Positions 1 through 8,073 of a DNA stretch of 64,000 nt are shown here, one piece after another. Origin of the DNA: Candidatus Wallbacteria bacterium (GTDB lineage Bacteria > Muiribacteriota > JAQTZZ01); NCBI GenBank assembly GCA_028687545.1, contig JAQTZZ010000012.1:24315-88314 (forward strand). Reading direction: 5' to 3'. Below the pieces are notes generated by a model. The model was not told the DNA's origin. It made no database searches and was given only the letters and a program-made list of their open reading frames with translations. The position numbers and the translations under genes were made by a program. Position 1 is the first letter of the stretch. Every line of letters begins with the position of its first letter.

Positions 1-1718
1 AGCCTGATCTGCAGATTCAGGCTGGGATGATCAGCGTAAAACACGGTCAAAGGCATCCTTGGCACAAAAAACGGTAATTGCCTGATCCCTCTATAAACAG
101 TCAGATGATAGGTATCGCCGCACGAAAGGAAAAGGTGGAAAGCAGCACCCCACCTTCTAACTATTTCATCGGGAAATCCTTCGCTCCAGTAAGTCAGCCC
201 CATTTCCTGTTGAAAGTTCAGGTTCAGACAGCATTCTCCGGTAGATTGGGACACATGATTACGGAAAACCTTAAACGCTCCCCTTACATGAGGCGTATAG
301 CAGGCATATACCTGCGAGATCCCAAATTTCTTTATCAGGAATTCCCTAGCTGCCAGATCCCGCTTCTCGCCTTCTCCGGCCAGTTGGCCGGCATCTCTCC
401 AGATCAGAGTAAGATCCTGATCACTGGACAATCTTTTCTCAAGCAGCACCCCGGCGTTCTCCGGGGTGTATTCAGGGGTTGTCAGGGGAGTGATTTCCGG
501 AGAAATATACATTTTCGCCGTCCCGAGCATGGCGAAAGGCGACTCCAGCAGTGGACCGGGTCTGTTTGAACGCGCTAGAAAATCCCTGACTTCGAGCAGG
601 CTCCGGTCTCGAACTGAAAACTGGCTCAGATCTCCCTGCCATTCAATCAGAAGCAGAACAGCCAGGCACAGGTAACGGACTTTGAGTGGCATCCTGCTCA
701 GGCTGACCGCAAGCAGCAGGATCAGTGCGGGAAGTGCGAACATCGCATGGCTTGGTTCATAGACTGCCGCTGAAAACAGTGCGCTCATCAGATGAGAAAA
801 GCCGAAGAGGAGGAGAAGTGGGAAAAAGAGATAAGCAGCCAGCAGCATGTATTTCCGCCTGATGTCGCCGATTCCCGCTCTGAAGCCATGCAAAAGCAGA
901 ATAATCATGATGATCAGCCCCCAGTAACCTGTCAGCTGGAAATGGCGACCTTCCAGCATGATGCTGAAATTATCCAGAAACTGCATGAAATTGGCAGGTT
1001 TCAGCCACCAGGCATGCAGCGATATCTGATAGGAAAAACCGGGATGGAAGGGCGAGGCTCTGGCACAGACAAGCACCGGAAGTATGCAAACCAGCACAGC
1101 TGCCTGCCAGGCCGCTAAAATTGAGAGCGAACGCAGATTCCGGTGTGTCAGCAGATAGGCTGCGGCCAGGAAGAGAAAAGGAAAAACAAAATAATAATGA
1201 CTGTAAAATCCAAGAACCGATGCCATCACGAGCAGCCAGAAATCCCTTGATTTGCCGGTTTTGTCGAATTTCATCCAGGCCCAGAAGAAAATCACTGAGA
1301 CAAGATACAGCAGAGTGTACATCCTGGCTTCCTGGGAATGGAACATATGCATCGGATTGATCGCGAGTAGGAGAGCCGAAATCACTCCTGCTTCCAATCC
1401 GAACAAGGCGCAGGCAGCCAGGTATGTGACATACACACCGGCTACCCCGAGCAGGGCGGAAGGCAGCCTCAGCGCAAATTCCTGGCTGAGCGGGAGCGAC
1501 AGGAAAGGCCTCAGCATCAGATAATAAAGGGGAGGGTGCACATCGTCTCTAAGGATTTTGACGATGGTCCCGCCAATGCTCCGTCCGGTGTTCCAGTCCC
1601 GGCCGAAAAGTTCATCCCAGAAAAGGCAGAATCCACCCAGATCATGAATTCTGATCCATAATGAAAACAACAGGATAATGTAAATATATTTAGATTTGTG
1701 CTGCCCGATCCTGATCAT
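1..1718 (-). CDS. GT-C family membrane glycosyltransferase (ArnT/PMT_2-like, GT39/GT83 type), 3'-truncated by the window edge
   Basis: Open minus-strand frame runs from the ATG at 1718 past position 1. It is missing from the ORF track because it has no in-window stop. The translation MIRIGQHKSKY...DDVHPPLYYLMLRPF...INPMHMFHSQEARMY...SVLGFYSHYYFVF aligns residue-for-residue with module 1 of the 1765-aa ORF at 8074..13371 (EDTHPPTYYLLERPF...NPFHFYHSQEARMY). The C-terminal soluble part (DLAAREFLIKKFGISQVYACYTPHVRGAFKVF) matches that ORF's module tails. Its ATG overlaps the stop of the upstream ORF in an ATGA arrangement. Confidence 0.6.
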   Translation of the reverse strand, partial: MIRIGQHKSKYIYIILLFSLWIRIHDLGGFCLFWDELFGRDWNTGRSIGGTIVKILRDDVHPPLYYLMLRPFLSLPLSQEFALRLPSALLGVAGVYVTYLAACALFGLEAGVISALLLAINPMHMFHSQEARMYTLLYLVSVIFFWAWMKFDKTGKSRDFWLLVMASVLGFYSHYYFVFPFLFLAAAYLLTHRNLRSLSILAAWQAAVLVCILPVLVCARASPFHPGFSYQISLHAWWLKPANFMQFLDNFSIMLEGRHFQLTGYWGLIIMIILLLHGFRAGIGDIRRKYMLLAAYLFFPLLLLFGFSHLMSALFSAAVYEPSHAMFALPALILLLAVSLSRMPLKVRYLCLAVLLLIEWQGDLSQFSVRDRSLLEVRDFLARSNRPGPLLESPFAMLGTAKMYISPEITPLTTPEYTPENAGVLLEKRLSSDQDLTLIWRDAGQLAGEGEKRDLAAREFLIKKFGISQVYACYTPHVRGAFKVFRNHVSQSTGECCLNLNFQQEMGLTYWSEGFPDEIVRRWGAAFHLFLSCGDTYHLTVYRGIRQLPFFVPRMPLTVFYADHPSLNLQIR

Positions 1719-2125
1719 GCTGCCAGCAGGAAAGTGAATTTAAGGAGCTTTTCCCGGGTCAGGTACTCGATTTTCATTTCCCTGGACATTTTACTAGCCA
1801 TGAAAAGCCCGTATCCGTCAACCGGAAGCTCTTCGATTCTGGGTGGCAGGAGCTTGATTTCAGAATACTCCTGGTCAATGTAGGTTACAATCAGCTGAAG
1901 CTTATCCGCAAAAAGGCTGACTTCATATCTGAAAAGGCTTTCAGCGGGAGAGACGCTGTGCCTGAGAAAATTGGTGAACATTTCATTGAGGATAAAAGTA
2001 AGGTCATTCAGGCGCGAATGGCTGATTCCATCCCCTGATAAAGCCTTCTGCAGATCCTCTCTGAGGATGGAGATGAATTCGACCTTCTTCGGATAGGAAA
2101 AATCGATCTTCCTATTTTCCTTCAT
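1715..2125 (-). CDS. small ATP-binding protein, anti-sigma-factor-like HATPase (RsbW/SpoIIAB type) candidate
   Basis: 136-aa ORF with an N-box-like LNEMFTNFLRHS and a G-box-like VDGYGLFMASKM. It overlaps the yvcK stop by 14 nt and the downstream GT-C start by 4 nt (ATGA). Confidence 0.4.
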   Translation of the reverse strand: MKENRKIDFSYPKKVEFISILREDLQKALSGDGISHSRLNDLTFILNEMFTNFLRHSVSPAESLFRYEVSLFADKLQLIVTYIDQEYSEIKLLPPRIEELPVDGYGLFMASKMSREMKIEYLTREKLLKFTFLLAA

Positions 2126-3371
2126 AGATCCTGTTAACCACCAGGTTGATAATCAGCCGGGCCAGCTTCTTGAAATTATGCCTTAAATAATCCGACTCCT
2201 CCATCAATTCGTCCAGGACAATGTCGGTGTCGAGCCTCGCCAGCTGGTCCCTGTCGACCACAACCGGATACGACTCCTTGAGAGCATATCTGGTGAGCGA
2301 TTCTTCGGATCCCCGCTGGGAATTGATGATGCAATAATCCAGCTTCACTTTAGGCAGATACTCCAGAATAGTCCTGATGTGATCGGAAGCCGTGAAACCG
2401 CTCGTCTCATGTGGCTGAGTCATGATGTTGCAGATGTAAATCTTGAGGGCCGCGCTTTCAGACAGCACAGCCCGGATTTCCGGTATCAGCAGATTCGGGA
2501 TCACGCTGGTGAACAGGCTGCCGGGTCCGAATATGATGCAGTCAGCCTCACTGATGGCCTGGATCACTTTATGATTGACGGCTGTTCCAGGGGGATCCAG
2601 AAAGACCCGCTTGATCTCCTTGCCCTGGGTGATGCCGATTTCGGATTCCCCTGCAGCGATGCTGCCGTTTTTCAATTCTGCCATCAGTGTGTGCGATGAA
2701 CTCATCGCAGGCAGTATTGTACCTTTGATCGCCAGGATTTTGCTGGATTCCTCCACTGCCCGTTCGAAATCTCCGGTGACATTCGTCAGCGCGGCAATGA
2801 AGAGATTTCCGAAACTATGCCCTGAAAGTTCTCCGCTGCCCTCGAATCTGTATTTGAAAAGTTCAGCCATCAGGGTTTCCTCGTTGGCCAGGCTTACAAG
2901 ACAGTTTCTGATGTCGCCTGGAGGCAGGATATGCAGTTCCGCCCTGATGCGGCCTGAACTCCCTCCATCATCCATCACGGTCACTACAGCGGTTACATTC
3001 CGCTCATCGTAGAATCTGGAATAGCGTTTGATTCCACGCAGAAGGGTCGACAATCCCGTTCCGCCGCCGATTACCACTATTTTGGGAGCGATTTCGAAAT
3101 GTCTGGGTGGAAAGAATTTGGCAGCCTCTTTGCTGTCGAATCCCCTCAGCAACTCAAAAATATACCGGATCACCCTGTAATAAGAATAACCGAGCAGGCC
3201 ACAGGCAGGAGTGAAGAAAAGCAGGAAAAAAAACAGCGAGAGTTTCTGCAGACCAAGAAAAACAATCTCCACCGTAATCAGGGCTGAAGACAGTATCAGG
3301 ATAATCAGCCATCTGCGCAGTTCAATGTCCGGCAGCAGGAACCGGAATTTTTCAAACAGTTTTTTACCCAT
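2112..3371 (-). CDS. yvcK: YvcK/GlmR family protein (UPF0052, CofD-like) with an N-terminal transmembrane extension
   Basis: KIVVIGGGTGLSTLLRGIK glycine-rich loop, VMDDGGSSGRIR and the following conserved YvcK blocks. The first roughly 90 aa are hydrophobic (LIILILSSALITVEIVFLGL...FFFLLFFTPACGLLGY). Confidence 0.8.
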   Translation of the reverse strand: MGKKLFEKFRFLLPDIELRRWLIILILSSALITVEIVFLGLQKLSLFFFLLFFTPACGLLGYSYYRVIRYIFELLRGFDSKEAAKFFPPRHFEIAPKIVVIGGGTGLSTLLRGIKRYSRFYDERNVTAVVTVMDDGGSSGRIRAELHILPPGDIRNCLVSLANEETLMAELFKYRFEGSGELSGHSFGNLFIAALTNVTGDFERAVEESSKILAIKGTILPAMSSSHTLMAELKNGSIAAGESEIGITQGKEIKRVFLDPPGTAVNHKVIQAISEADCIIFGPGSLFTSVIPNLLIPEIRAVLSESAALKIYICNIMTQPHETSGFTASDHIRTILEYLPKVKLDYCIINSQRGSEESLTRYALKESYPVVVDRDQLARLDTDIVLDELMEESDYLRHNFKKLARLIINLVVNRIYEGK

Positions 3372-4302
3372 TGCCTTCTCCAGAGGAAGAACCAGGCAGA
3401 AATTCCTGAAGCTTTCTTACCAGGGCATGCGGTTTCTTGACAATCAACTGTTTCACCAGCGCGTTCAAGTACTCGGAGAGAATTCCGATGAAGAAAAAAA
3501 CAAATGAAAATCCGATCATTTCTATGATGATCTCTGAGGGATATCCCGGCGGAGTGCTGTTCAGAAATATTTTTTGATAACAGATCCACAGGGAATATCC
3601 GACCGCGAAAATGAAAAAAGCAAAGGCCCAGACAAAAGAAAGACGCACTATGTTTGGAAAAGCCAGCAGATAGGTTGCTGTAAAAACATCCAGCAGCCTG
3701 GTAAAATCCATTTTACTGTTGCCTGAAATCCGCTCTCTGATCTTCACTCTCACGGATCTTGACCTGGACGAGATCCCGGGTAACGCTCCCTTGAGGGAAA
3801 AAATCGGGCTTAAGTTATAGCGCTCAAGGGACTGCTTGAGGATCCCGGACCGCGCAACCGCAAAATCGCTGATGTTCTTCTCATAACCCTTTACCCTGGT
3901 AAGAAAAGAGAACAGTCTGAAGAGCAGGTTCCAGATCGAGAAATATTCTTCTTTCAGGACATGTACTATGTCATCCCCTGTTTCGGTGAGAGAATTTTTC
4001 AAGCACAGCATGTCTTCAAAAGAAAACTGCTGATCAATGTCCATCAGGGCGGTGAACTCACATTCGGCATGCGAAAGACCAATCAGTGTAGCCCTGTCTT
4101 TGCCCACATTGTTCTGGAGAGTGAGCACCTTGATTTTAAGACCTGTTTCGGATGCAAGAGCCTGCATATCAGGCAGTTCCCCTGGCGAACCATCGTCCAC
4201 CAGGATGATTTCTCCAATCTCACTCTTGAATCTGGCTGCTTCCCTGACGAAAAGAGTGGTCGTCTCGCCTTCATTGAAAACGCAAACCACTATGGATATC
4301 AA
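3364..4302 (-). CDS. GT2 polyprenyl-phosphate sugar synthase (Dpm1/GtrB/ArnC-like)
   Basis: ISIVVCVFNEGE...ILVDDGSPG motifs with two C-terminal TM helices. The ORF track starts at the ATG at 4338, which lies in the centre of a perfect palindrome. The in-frame TTG at 4302, 7 nt after a GGAGGG, is the likelier start. Confidence 0.8.
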   Translation of the reverse strand: MISIVVCVFNEGETTTLFVREAARFKSEIGEIILVDDGSPGELPDMQALASETGLKIKVLTLQNNVGKDRATLIGLSHAECEFTALMDIDQQFSFEDMLCLKNSLTETGDDIVHVLKEEYFSIWNLLFRLFSFLTRVKGYEKNISDFAVARSGILKQSLERYNLSPIFSLKGALPGISSRSRSVRVKIRERISGNSKMDFTRLLDVFTATYLLAFPNIVRLSFVWAFAFFIFAVGYSLWICYQKIFLNSTPPGYPSEIIIEMIGFSFVFFFIGILSEYLNALVKQLIVKKPHALVRKLQEFLPGSSSGEGNG

Positions 4303-4316
4303 AAAAATCCCTCCGG

Positions 4317-4351
4317 AATAAAAGTAGAGACGCGCCATGGCGCGTCTCTAC
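4317..4351 (-). terminator. intrinsic terminator of the cyclophilin gene (perfect 28-bp palindrome plus T-tract on the minus strand)
   Basis: GTAGAGACGCGCCATGGCGCGTCTCTAC at 4324..4351 is a perfect inverted repeat. On the minus strand it is followed by TTTTATT at 4317..4323. Confidence 0.5.
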
Positions 4352-4477
4352 AATGGATTTCAAAACAGATTCCCCTGAGCTTCAACAAAGCACCGGGTAA
4401 GTTTTTCCCGCATGGAAACGCTTCGGGGATAGGCAACTGTAATAAAATTCTCACTGCGTTCGAATTTTATACAGTTG

Positions 4478-5353
4478 CTAATATTTTAACTTTCCGGAGA
4501 CAGTCTTTGGAATATAATCATGTGCTCTCTTGTAGATTATCTCCAGCTTATTCATCTTATCGCCCTGGACGATTTTGTTGACCACATCTTGTCCCAGCAG
4601 CACGCAACCGAATGCTGTATACTGCCCATCAAGATGGGGAACCACAGTATGGGTAATGAAGAACTGTGAACCGTTGGAATTAGGGTCGCTAGTCCTGGCC
4701 ATGGAGAGTACTCCTTCTTCATGCTTCTTGTCTGAGATTTCAAGCCCGAACTCATATCCAGGACCGCCTGAGCCGTTGCCATCAGGATCGCCGCCCTGGA
4801 TCACAAAATTCTTGACTACCCTGTGGAATTTAAGACCATTGTAAAACTGGTGGTCGATCAGGTAGATAAAGGAAGCCACAGTGTTCGGTGCATCATCTTC
4901 ATACAGAGCGGCATAGATATCACCCTTGTCAGTGCTGATCTTGACTACCGGCCAGTCTTTGCTGATGGCTGTTCTGGCGCGGTCAGCCTTAAAATCGCCG
5001 GCAATGCCTTTATCGATCGTGGCGATGGCTTCGGATGTGCTCCTCTTGGCAATCATTCCCCAGATGTCCATTGTTACCTCCCCGGTATTCGCTATTGCTT
5101 CTTGATTGGATTCGGCAGGTTCTTTCACCGTTCCGGATGCAGCGGCTTCAGCAGTGACAGCCGTTTCAGCGGTGACAGCTTTCACTTCCCCGGTCGAAGC
5201 CACTTCGGCAGTGGTCTTCACTTCTCCCGTTGCCGCCGCTTCCTTGGTGGACCCAGGCGTGATCTGACAAACTCCGCCGACGCAGTTGGTCCCTCCATCA
5301 GCGAAAACGCAAACAGTCAGCAGCAGCATCAGCATTGCGATCAATCTAGTCAT
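4478..5353 (-). CDS. ppiB: secreted cyclophilin-type peptidyl-prolyl cis-trans isomerase with a repetitive N-terminal linker
   Basis: Signal peptide MTRLIAMLMLLLTVCVFA and TGEVK-type repeats, then cyclophilin blocks HRVVKNFVIQGGDP, GVLSMARTSDPNSNGSQFFIT and TVVPHLDGQYTAFGCV. A GGAGG RBS lies upstream. Confidence 0.85.
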   Translation of the reverse strand: MTRLIAMLMLLLTVCVFADGGTNCVGGVCQITPGSTKEAAATGEVKTTAEVASTGEVKAVTAETAVTAEAAASGTVKEPAESNQEAIANTGEVTMDIWGMIAKRSTSEAIATIDKGIAGDFKADRARTAISKDWPVVKISTDKGDIYAALYEDDAPNTVASFIYLIDHQFYNGLKFHRVVKNFVIQGGDPDGNGSGGPGYEFGLEISDKKHEEGVLSMARTSDPNSNGSQFFITHTVVPHLDGQYTAFGCVLLGQDVVNKIVQGDKMNKLEIIYKRAHDYIPKTVSGKLKY

Positions 5354-5426
5354 GTTTTCCTCCTTGGTAAATTATTTGTCCAACCTATTCCTGCTGTGGT
5401 AATAGGTCAATCTCGATCTCCTGACT

Positions 5427-5837
5427 TCAGACAATCTCTTTCAGCCTTTTCTCCAACAGGCCCACGTATTTACTTTTCGGGTATGTTTTCAGGAATTCCC
5501 TGATTAATGATGCGGCTTCGGAATACTGTTTTTTCATGTCGCGGCAGACGATCAGACGGAACAGAGAAATCTCCCTGTAATCACTCCCTCCCTTATCCGT
5601 AATCTTCTGATAAAGTTCAGCTGCGTGAAGATAATCATCCTGCTTTTCATACAGGGCACCCTGAAGATAGAGGTATTCGTCTGCTTCCGATTTGTATAAC
5701 CGATCTGTGAGGATTTCGAAGGCTTCCTGATAATTTCCGAGTTTGAGCAGACTGAGGACCTGTTCGACTGAGTCGACAGACACAGCCTGGATAAAGGAGG
5801 CAGCGCTGAAAAAAGCAAGCAGTAATATTTTCTTCAT
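5427..5837 (-). CDS. secreted TPR-repeat protein
   Basis: Signal peptide MKKILLLAFFSAASFIQA followed by TPR-like helices (YQEAFEIL..YLQGALYEKQDDYLHAAELYQKI). Confidence 0.5.
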   Translation of the reverse strand: MKKILLLAFFSAASFIQAVSVDSVEQVLSLLKLGNYQEAFEILTDRLYKSEADEYLYLQGALYEKQDDYLHAAELYQKITDKGGSDYREISLFRLIVCRDMKKQYSEAASLIREFLKTYPKSKYVGLLEKRLKEIV

Positions 5838-5974
5838 GAAATACCGGCATCATTTTAACACAACTTCCTTTTGGAAGCTATCCCGGAATCCGGCACCCGA
5901 TTTTTACTGAAGAAATGTTTGCCAAACCGGCTGAGATCAAATAAAATATGGTCAATTCAGTCAAGGAGATCCAC

Positions 5975-7042
5975 ATGCATAAAGACAGCCTTAAATTCCT
6001 TGAGGCTCTGCACCTCGCCTCCAGTCCCACCGGATCTGAAATACCAGCCAAAAAGGTCTTTCGGGAGTATCTGAAAAATTACGCGGACAGATTCGAGTCC
6101 GACACGATTGGTAATACCATTGCCGTACTCTCAGGATCCAAACCTAAGGGCTCGATCCTGCTCGCCGGGCACATCGACGAGGTCGGAGTGATGGTGAAAT
6201 ACATTGACGAAAAAGGATTCATCTTCTTCTCGGCTGTGGGAGGTATTGATCCTGCAGTTCTGCCCGGCAAGCGCGTGGTCTTTGAAAAGAACGGGAAAAA
6301 AATTGTAGGAGTGCTCGGGAAAAAGCCGATCCATCTGCTGGATGCCAAGGACCGCGACAAAGCAGTTCAGATGGAAGACCTGTTCATAGATATCGGCTGC
6401 AACAGTAAAAAAGAAGCGGCAAAGCTTTTAGAACTAGGCGACACAGGGGTCACCAGTTATGGTCTGGAATATCTCCCGAATGACCTGGCAGTAGCCAGGG
6501 GATTCGACGACAGGATCGGTGCTTTCATCATTGCAGAAACTTTGAAAAATCTTTCCAGCCATAAAAAAAACCTCGCTTACACTGTTTATGCCACAGCCAC
6601 CACCCAGGAAGAAATCGGCCTGCGCGGGGCATCGGTCTGTGCTTTCAATCTCAAACCTGACCTGGCAATTGCCCTGGATGTTACCCATGCCATCGATTAT
6701 CCGAACGTGGAGAAGAAGAAGTTCGGAGACATCAATCTCGGTAAAGGCGGCGTGATACCCAAAGGACCCAATATCCATCCCTGGATTTATACAAACCTTG
6801 TTTCAGTAGCTAAGAAAAGCAAGATCCCCTATCAGGTCAACGCCCTTCCCAGACCGGCAGGCAATGATTCCAACGTGATCCAGATCACCCGGGGAGGCAT
6901 CCCGGTGGGCGTGGTCGCGATTCCACTGCGCTACATGCATACCCCTTCGGAAGTGCTGTCGCTTAAGGATGTAGAAAACATCATCAGGCTGCTGACTGAT
7001 TTCATCCTCGGTCTGAAGGAAAAAGTAAATTTCAACTGGTGA
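5975..7042 (+). CDS. M42 family aminopeptidase (FrvX/CelM-like)
   Basis: ILLAGHIDEVGVMV, DDRIGAF and the C-terminal block GIPVGVVAIPLRYMHTPSEV. The start is set at MHKDS (AGGAG then 6 nt then ATG) rather than the track's 5948. Confidence 0.8.
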   Translation: MHKDSLKFLEALHLASSPTGSEIPAKKVFREYLKNYADRFESDTIGNTIAVLSGSKPKGSILLAGHIDEVGVMVKYIDEKGFIFFSAVGGIDPAVLPGKRVVFEKNGKKIVGVLGKKPIHLLDAKDRDKAVQMEDLFIDIGCNSKKEAAKLLELGDTGVTSYGLEYLPNDLAVARGFDDRIGAFIIAETLKNLSSHKKNLAYTVYATATTQEEIGLRGASVCAFNLKPDLAIALDVTHAIDYPNVEKKKFGDINLGKGGVIPKGPNIHPWIYTNLVSVAKKSKIPYQVNALPRPAGNDSNVIQITRGGIPVGVVAIPLRYMHTPSEVLSLKDVENIIRLLTDFILGLKEKVNFNW

Positions 7043-7080
7043 ACTGATTAACTTGATTTAAAAGACTGGATCACGGCAAT

Positions 7081-7111
7081 AAAAAAAGCTCCCTTTCAGG
7101 AGCTTTTTTTT
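7081..7111. terminator. bidirectional rho-independent terminator
   Basis: A7, then the GCTCC-CTTTCA-GGAGC hairpin, then T8. It sits between the convergent M42 peptidase and flp-pilin genes. Confidence 0.7.
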
Positions 7112-7133
7112 ACTTTTCCGTAATTAGCTGACA

Positions 7134-7297
7134 GATGTGTTGGCAGTGCTCAGTTTGGTTTTAATCGTGTCGAAAATGTCACCGATCGATGAGCCGGTAG
7201 CGGTCAGAGCTGCGATGGCCACGATGGCGATCAGGCCGAGGATCAGTCCGTATTCGACCATTCCCTGTCCAGATTCCTCTCTGAAAAATCTTGTCAT
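7134..7297 (-). CDS. flp: Flp/Fap family type IVb pilin subunit, 54 aa, below the ORF-track length cutoff
   Basis: Minus-strand translation MTRFFREESGQGMVEYGLILGLIAIVAIAALTATGSSIGDIFDTIKTKLSTANTSVS shows the canonical Flp G/xxxxEY processing motif and hydrophobic core. The RBS AGGAGGCGC lies 3 nt upstream and a terminator lies downstream. Confidence 0.75.
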
Positions 7298-7516
7298 GTT
7301 GCGCCTCCTGTTAGAATTATTCTAAAAGATACATAACAATTCCTGTGCCAAAGAACCAAAATGGCTTGAACAACATGTTTTTCCTTCGAAAATAGGCTTT
7401 AGACCACCAATTTTGCTGAAAATAATGTTCACTTTAGTATACATAATTCAAGGGGACTTAGATCAGAGCGGGGAACTGGTGTTCACATTTATATACATCA
7501 GATGCTGTAAAAAAGC

Positions 7517-7771
7517 TCAACTCTCCTGAAGCTCCACCGCCTCCCTGCTGATTTCAGAGGCGAGTCCGAGCAGCAGTTTTTCTTCTGCTTCGAGTTGGTT
7601 CAATTCAGTCCGCTGCTCGTTCAATTTATACTCCAGTCCATCCGGATCGCCGGAAAGCGCTTCCTCGGTCAGGGAAACCAATTCCTTCATCAACAGATCC
7701 AGCCTGACTTCGAGCTCCCGCTGTTCGTTTCTAAGGTTTTTCAGATATGTGATCTTTTCGTAAAGATTCAT
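7517..7771 (-). CDS. hypothetical coiled-coil protein
   Basis: Heptad-rich sequence (LKNLRNEQRELEVRLDLLMKEL..). Coding status is uncertain. Confidence 0.3.
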   Translation of the reverse strand: MNLYEKITYLKNLRNEQRELEVRLDLLMKELVSLTEEALSGDPDGLEYKLNEQRTELNQLEAEEKLLLGLASEISREAVELQES

Positions 7772-8042
7772 CGAGCCCTGCAATTTTCTCTCCCCATCCG
7801 TTGATGATCTTCTTCAGGCATTTGACCCGTTCCCTCTTGATTTCCACCATAAACTCAAGATTTTCCAGTGTTGTCCTCAGATTCTCGGCGATCGGCTTAT
7901 GTCTGGCGCCGGTATGGTTCAGGCTCAGTATTCTCTCTTCCAGATCTGAGATTTCCTTTTTTTTGGACAAGTTGTCAGCTTCTATCAACTGGATGGACTC
8001 GTCAAGCTTTTGAAGTGAGGCGAACAATCCTTTGCTCATGAT
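7731..8042 (-). CDS. hypothetical coiled-coil protein
   Basis: The probable start is MIMSKGLFASLQKL. The track's longer N-terminus overlaps the stop of the giant GT-C ORF. Coding status is uncertain. Confidence 0.3.
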   Translation of the reverse strand: MMSKGLFASLQKLDESIQLIEADNLSKKKEISDLEERILSLNHTGARHKPIAENLRTTLENLEFMVEIKRERVKCLKKIINGWGEKIAGLDESLRKDHISEKP

Positions 8043-8073
8043 CATTGATAATTTTAGCATCAATAGCCTGATT

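Noticed and set aside
78-1524. Several 70-160 aa plus-strand ORFs at the window start
   Set aside because: All are antisense to a continuous minus-strand frame encoding a GT-C glycosyltransferase that runs off the window edge.
4823-5503. 226-aa plus-strand ORF
   Set aside because: It is antisense to the cyclophilin gene, which has unmistakable PPIase motifs.
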